From Octopus vulgaris (taxonomy: Eukaryota), in the NCBI GenBank assembly GCA_951406725.2, contig OX597827.1, positions 6,386,001 to 6,450,000 of the forward strand: a stretch of DNA of 64,000 bases. Direction: 5' to 3'. Made by a program: the position numbers and the translations under genes. Below are positions 58,737 through 64,000 of this stretch, in pieces. The notes below the pieces were generated by a model. That model had not been told where the DNA came from, did no database searches, and saw nothing but the letters and a program-made list of their open reading frames with translations. The number at the start of each line of letters is the position of its first letter. Position 1 is the first letter of the stretch.

Positions 58737-59504
58737 GAACATAAATACATTCATATGTGTGTGTGTGTGTGTGTGTATTTTAATTATCTATCCTAAATAC
58801 TTTATTGCTGTATAATTTGTAAATGAATAATTTGAAAGCTATGGATTCCAGGATTCAAACAGTTTTGTGATGGCTGTTAATTAAATTAGTAAATCAAATT
58901 AAATGTTCTTTTTCTTTACAATTAATTTCACGTTTCATTGAAAGAAATAACAGGCATTTGATGAAAAATTCAGAAGATTAGTAATTTAATTAAGCAACTT
59001 ATAAATGTAATAGAAACAAAGTAACTGAAGGATAAGGATACTGGGCACATAAAATAATTGGTCAAAGGTTCCAGTCATACATTGCATGGCAAAATATTTG
59101 ATTCCATTTGCATCATTTTATAGAATTGGAAATATTGGTTAGAATTTGTTATAATCCACTGAGCTGTCTTTATTCCATTGTTCATTTTGCATTTTGTAGA
59201 ATTGTGAGAGCAATGAAAAAAGTACAAGATGAAGTACAGAGGTAGATCTAATCAATTAAAAGAAAAAAACCCTGAAAGTGTTACTCCAGCGTGGTCAGTG
59301 TCCAATGACTAAATCTAGTAGAAGGGTGAACATAAGGGGGCAAATTGACAGAGTTTTTAGGGCATTCACAATATTTGTTCCAAATCCCTGCACTTTCTGC
59401 ACAAGTTCAAATCCTGTCGCAGTTAACTTCACTTTTTGTTCTTGTGGTTTAGTAAAAAGTACCAGCCCAGGGCAATGGATTGGCAGAACTGTAAGAGGTG
59501 GAAG

Positions 59505-59767
59505 GCAGCGAGCTGGTAGAAACATTAGCACACCAGGTGAAATGCTTAGCGGTATTTCGTCTGCCGCTACGTTCTGAGTTCAAATTCAGCCGAGGTCGAC
59601 TTTGCCTTTCATCCTTTCAGGGTCGATAAATTAAGTACCAGTTATGCACTGGGATCAATGTAATCGACTTAATCCGTTTGTCTGTTCTTGTTTGTCCAAT
59701 ATATGTTTAGCCCCTTGTGGGTTGTAAAGAAATAGGTATTTCATCTGTCTTTACATTCTGAGTTCAA
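59505..59767 (+). mobile_element. SINE family B copy followed by a restart of its own internal sequence
   Basis: Ends AAAGAAATAGGTATTTCATCTGTCTTTACATTCTGAGTTCAA, repeating the internal GGTATTTCGTCTG...TTCTGAGTTCAA. Confidence 0.85.
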
Positions 59768-59999
59768 TTATATAAAACTTTTACATGATGGCACTTAAAA
59801 AGCACCCAGCACACTCTGTAAAGTGGTTGGTATTAGGAAGGGCATCTGGCTGTAGAAACCAGGCCAAAAAAGACAATTGGAGCTTGGACAACTCTCTGGC
59901 TGGACAGCTCCTGTCAAACCATCTAACCAATGCCAGCATGGAAAATGGATGTTAAACAATGATGATTACAATGAGTTATTCTGCTAAAGCTCAGGAGTG

Positions 60000-60398
60000 G
60001 GTGCAGGAGTGGCTGTGTGGTAAGTAGCTTGCTTCCCAACCACATGGTTCCGGGTTCAGTCCCACTGCGTGGCACCTTGCGCAAGTATCTTCTACTATAG
60101 CCTCGGGCCAACCAATGCCTTGTGAGTGGATTTGGTAGACAGAAACTGAAAGAAGCCCGTATATATGTATATGTATATATATGTCTGTGTTTGTTCCCCC
60201 AACATCGTTTGACAACCAATGTTGGTGTGTTTACGTCCCTGTAACTTAGCGGTTCGGCAAAAAGAGTCTGATAGAATAAGTACTACAAGGCTTACAGAGA
60301 ATAAGTCCTGGGGTTGATTTGCTCGACTAAAGGTGATGCTCCAGCATGACAACAGTCAAATGACTGAAACAAGTAAAAGAGTAAAAGAGTAAAAAGTA
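60000..60398 (+). mobile_element. SINE family A copy
   Basis: Full-length with (TAAAAGAG)n tail. Confidence 0.92.
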
Positions 60399-60453
60399 AT
60401 CTTCTTAATTATTATCAACATTGGCAATGTACTTATGATTATGAAAGGCTTAA

Positions 60454-60827
60454 TCCTTTATCATTCACATTATTCTATCAAAAATAATGGTTATTTATTC
60501 TCATTGTTTTAAATTAATCATGCATTGTAGTTTTAAGATTTTGATGAAGCAACTTTTAATTTTTAGAGAGTTGTAGGGTTGGTATGAGAGGCCACATGTG
60601 GCCAGTTTGAATGTAAGACTGGTCAAATATTTTGGCTGGATAAGGTCACATCTGGCCAGTTTCAATGTAAGACAGGTCAAATATTTGGACTGGACAAGAC
60701 CACATCTGGCCAGTTTCAATGTAAGACAGGTCAAATATTTGGACTGGACAAGACCACATCTGGCCAGTTTCAATGTAAGACAGGTCAAATATTTGAGCCA
60801 GATATGGCTGGTTTAAATGCTTAAGGA
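60454..60827. mobile_element. TTAA-flanked piggyBac-like MITE with an internal 54-bp tandem repeat (~3.8 units)
   Basis: TTAA at 60450-60453 and 60828-60831; imperfect TIRs TCCTTTATCATT / AATGCTTAAGGA; unit CACATCTGGCCAGTTTCAATGTAAGACAGGTCAAATATTTGG... at 60593, 60647, 60701 and 60755. Confidence 0.82.
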
Positions 60828-61087
60828 TTAACCAGCCATCCAATATGATCACAGTAAGAGTTGAGTGGTTAAGAACTTTGATCTACAGCCCTATTATTTA
60901 GGGCTTTACCCCACTGAGCGCTACCATGGACAAATGTCTTCTGGAATCAACTCCAAATGATCAAATCCTTGTTAGTGAAATTTCAAAGAAACTGTTTGGG
61001 ATCAATTCTGATTTTGGGGCATTTTTTCTGGGGTGTTTATGTATTTGTGTTCATGTGTGCGCGTTGGCATGAATATGCACTTGTGTG

Positions 61088-61520
61088 TGTAGTGATGCCA
61101 TCTTGGAAATCTCCAGCACGCATGCGCAGAGTTGGATTCTTCCGGGAGGCCTGCCGGAAGTTCCCTCATGCGCATGCGCAGAAACTAGCAGCAGTGAAAT
61201 TCCCTCATTCATATCGTTCTCTCGAATGCCAGCAGCTGAACAGGACAGTCGGGTTTTATCGGCTCCCTCAAGCTGCTACCTTGTGGCATATCTCTGCTAT
61301 GCTTGAACGGACAGAGTTTGGCTCACTCCGCTTGACCACTGTGATAAGCTCCAAGGCTGCCGATTCGCCCAGAAAGAGGAATGTATATATTGCGAATCAA
61401 GAAATAAATATTTATAGTATTGAAGTTAATCGGAAGTCTTGACTCTTTCCTTCGATTAATATTTAATGTAAATGAAGCAAGCTGCACCTTTCCAGTGTGG
61501 GGACCTCTCGTCCTGATACA
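61088..61520 (+). mobile_element. Solo LTR (probably Gypsy/Ty3), 433 bp
   Basis: Termini TGTA...TACA; 4-bp flanking duplication TGTG (61084-61087, 61521-61524); abrupt GC/CpG-rich composition; AATAAA near 61403. Confidence 0.75.
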
Positions 61521-61965
61521 TGTGTTTGCACGTGAATGTATGTATTAGGGTGATAGTACAGGTTTAATCATCATCATCATCATCATCATCGTTTAACGTC
61601 CGCTTTCCATGCTAGCGTAGGTGAGATTTCAAGTAAGAAACAAACAATTATGCAATTTTATATGAATTTAAACACTGATTCTGTTGCAGCAGCTGCAGTA
61701 ATAGTTGTACCAGTGGAAGCAATACTAGATGTACCAGCAACTGTAATAGTAGTAAGTAGTAGCTGTTGTTCACATAGTGATAGTCCAATCTTGATTGACC
61801 AGACCTAGAATCAAGGTATTTCACTCATGTTGATGCCATCTTTTATTACACTGAAGACCGCATAGTTCAATAAGTCCTTCCATTTATGAAATGAGAGGAT
61901 AAAATTCAAGAGAATTTGGTTGCTATTGCTTGCAGGTGGCTTGATCACCTAGAGGCACTCTATAA

Positions 61966-62065
61966 CAGTGGTGGTGGTAGTAGTAGTAGTAGCAGCAGCA
62001 GCAGCAGTAGCAGTAGCAGTAGCAGCAACAACAGCAGCAGTAGTAGTAGTAGCAGTAGTAGTAGT

Positions 62066-62127
<62 letters not shown>
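61966..62127. repeat. (AGT)n/(AGC)n compound microsatellite
   Basis: Directly visible. Confidence 0.97.
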
Positions 62128-64000
62128 AGAAAAAAAAGATGTTTTGGATGGTGTTAAACAAATATAGTGGCAGTAACATTCAGAAATATAATGATATATT
62201 ATTGGCCACCATGAATCAAAAAGAATAAAATAAAAGTAAATAATAATGACAATAACAACAATAATAATAATAAAGCGAAAATAAAAAAAAACAACAATAG
62301 AAAACAATAACATTCTGACTTCTGAACAGTAATATTTAAAGCTCTGAAACCAAATTAAGCAAGCCCAAACTAATAATAGAATATTATCTCTCCCCCAAGC
62401 AAAATCCAATATGTGACTTCTGTGGAAAAAAAAAAATATATATATATAATAAAAAATGTAAAAATGGGAAAATATATGAAATAAAATTTTTTTTCTGTTT
62501 TTAAATGAAAGTATTATAGAAATTATTTTATATATATATAGTTATTATTTATGTATCTTTGATTTGCTTAAAAGACTCTGATAAACTGATTTAGAAATCA
62601 AATAAGTATAATGTAATATTGGATTACTTTAAACGAGAACTAGATCCAAGCCTTTTCTTTTGTTTTTTGTTTCTTGTTTGCTATTTTTTTGTTTTGCTTT
62701 TTTGGAAATGGAAAATATCTTCTATAGTTGAATGCTTTTCATTTGAATTTCTATGAATAATCCTTGAATGAAAACACTATAATTTCTCACTTCTACACTT
62801 CTAACAACTGAAAACATTGGAGTCTCTCAGCATTATCAGGTGCTATGATTGTGCTGACAGTGGCGGAGAGATTAGAAACGGGGTATGAGATGACGAGAAA
62901 GAGAGACAGAGACAGAGACATAAAGGAAATTTCTGGTTATGTGCATTGATTGAATATTTTTGTGGGTAACACAAGTATAGAGCGGGGTAGAGTAAATAGC
63001 CGAGAAAAGGTAGGAATGAAATGACAAAAGAAAAAAAATTTCAGAATAAAATTGAAGAATATAGAAAAATTTATTATAAAAATGTGAAAATAAAATATGA
63101 GTGCTAGAAAGAATTTAATAAAGAATTTAGATATATTGATTAAATATCCATTTGTGAGAGATTCTATACTGTAAAGTAAGTATGGAAAAATGTTTTTGTT
63201 GTGATGAACAAATGTATTTTTATATCAAGTTAATACCTAATGAAAGCAGTACCTCCAGCTCTAATTCTAAGAAAGTATTGACCCAAATGTAATGAATAAC
63301 AAATCTTGAAAATTGCACAAGACTTATGATTTAACTAAATCAATGACTAATCAATCATCAAGAAATTACACAGTAAAGTTTGTGAGTTTGGATAAGTTTG
63401 TGACGTAAGGAGAAGAGGAATGTAACATATTTGCATTCAATTCTTCTTCTAAGAGAGAATTTTTTAAAAAATATTTTTGTCTCTCTTTCTCTAACAAAAC
63501 ATCAAATTTCTTCCAAAATATCAGATTCCACATCTACTCATGGCATAAGTTTTTTTGTCTAAAACCACAAAATAACTTGGATAAAGTTTACCAAAAAAGA
63601 GCACAAACAGTTTCATGTGAATCTCTTTTACTCTTTTATTCTGTTATTAGTTCCAGTCATTGAACTGTGGCCATTCTGGGGCACAATTTTGAAGGGTTTA
63701 ACCAATTAAATCAACCAAGTATTTATCTTATTTCATTCTTGATATTTATTCTATCTTCCTTCATATTTCCAAATCACTCAGTTACAGGGAAATGAACAAA
63801 CAAATACTATTTGTCATGTGGTGTTTGTTTGAAAGAGAGAGTTGTAGACACACAGACATGCACACACCCACACACACGCACAAACACAGATATAATATAC
63901 ATGCTAGGTTGGTATGAGAAAGAGTATCCAGTCATAGAAACCATGCCAGAGCTGATACTCAAGACTGATGCAACCTATGCAAGCATGGAAAATGGACATT

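Noticed and set aside
60593-60800. CRISPR-like array or repeat protein (68-95 aa ORFs)
   Set aside because: Contiguous 54-bp tandem repeat without spacers inside a MITE; frames stay open because 54 is divisible by 3.
60957-61442. 161-aa ORF as a gene
   Set aside because: It starts in a decayed repeat and crosses the LTR boundary; no recognisable domain; explained by higher GC.

Overview
AT-rich, microsatellite- and SINE-saturated animal DNA, most likely from an octopus (inferred from the repeat families and the protocadherin type). The only intact protein-coding sequence is missing from the ORF track because it runs off the window edge: an intron-free minus-strand protocadherin exon (ATG at 2065, 688 stop-free codons, signal peptide plus six cadherin repeats). 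The listed ORFs are microsatellite or repeat artefacts. The other ~62 kb is 5' intron or upstream sequence. It contains several tRNA-derived SINE families, RTE/CR1/Penelope LINE remnants, hAT, piggyBac-like and mariner MITEs, and one solo LTR. Most notable observations: two complete type I hammerhead ribozyme folds (13223-13309 minus, 17302-17371 plus) plus decayed copies; an apparently Ca2+-free EC3-EC4 linker in the protocadherin; a candidate first 5'UTR exon 24 kb upstream with two uORFs; a LINE-borne CTCF-like motif; a solo LTR with YY1/NRF1/ETS motifs; and a SINE that seems to insert into its own copies. Coordinates of decayed repeats are approximate and family names are from recognition, not database searches.
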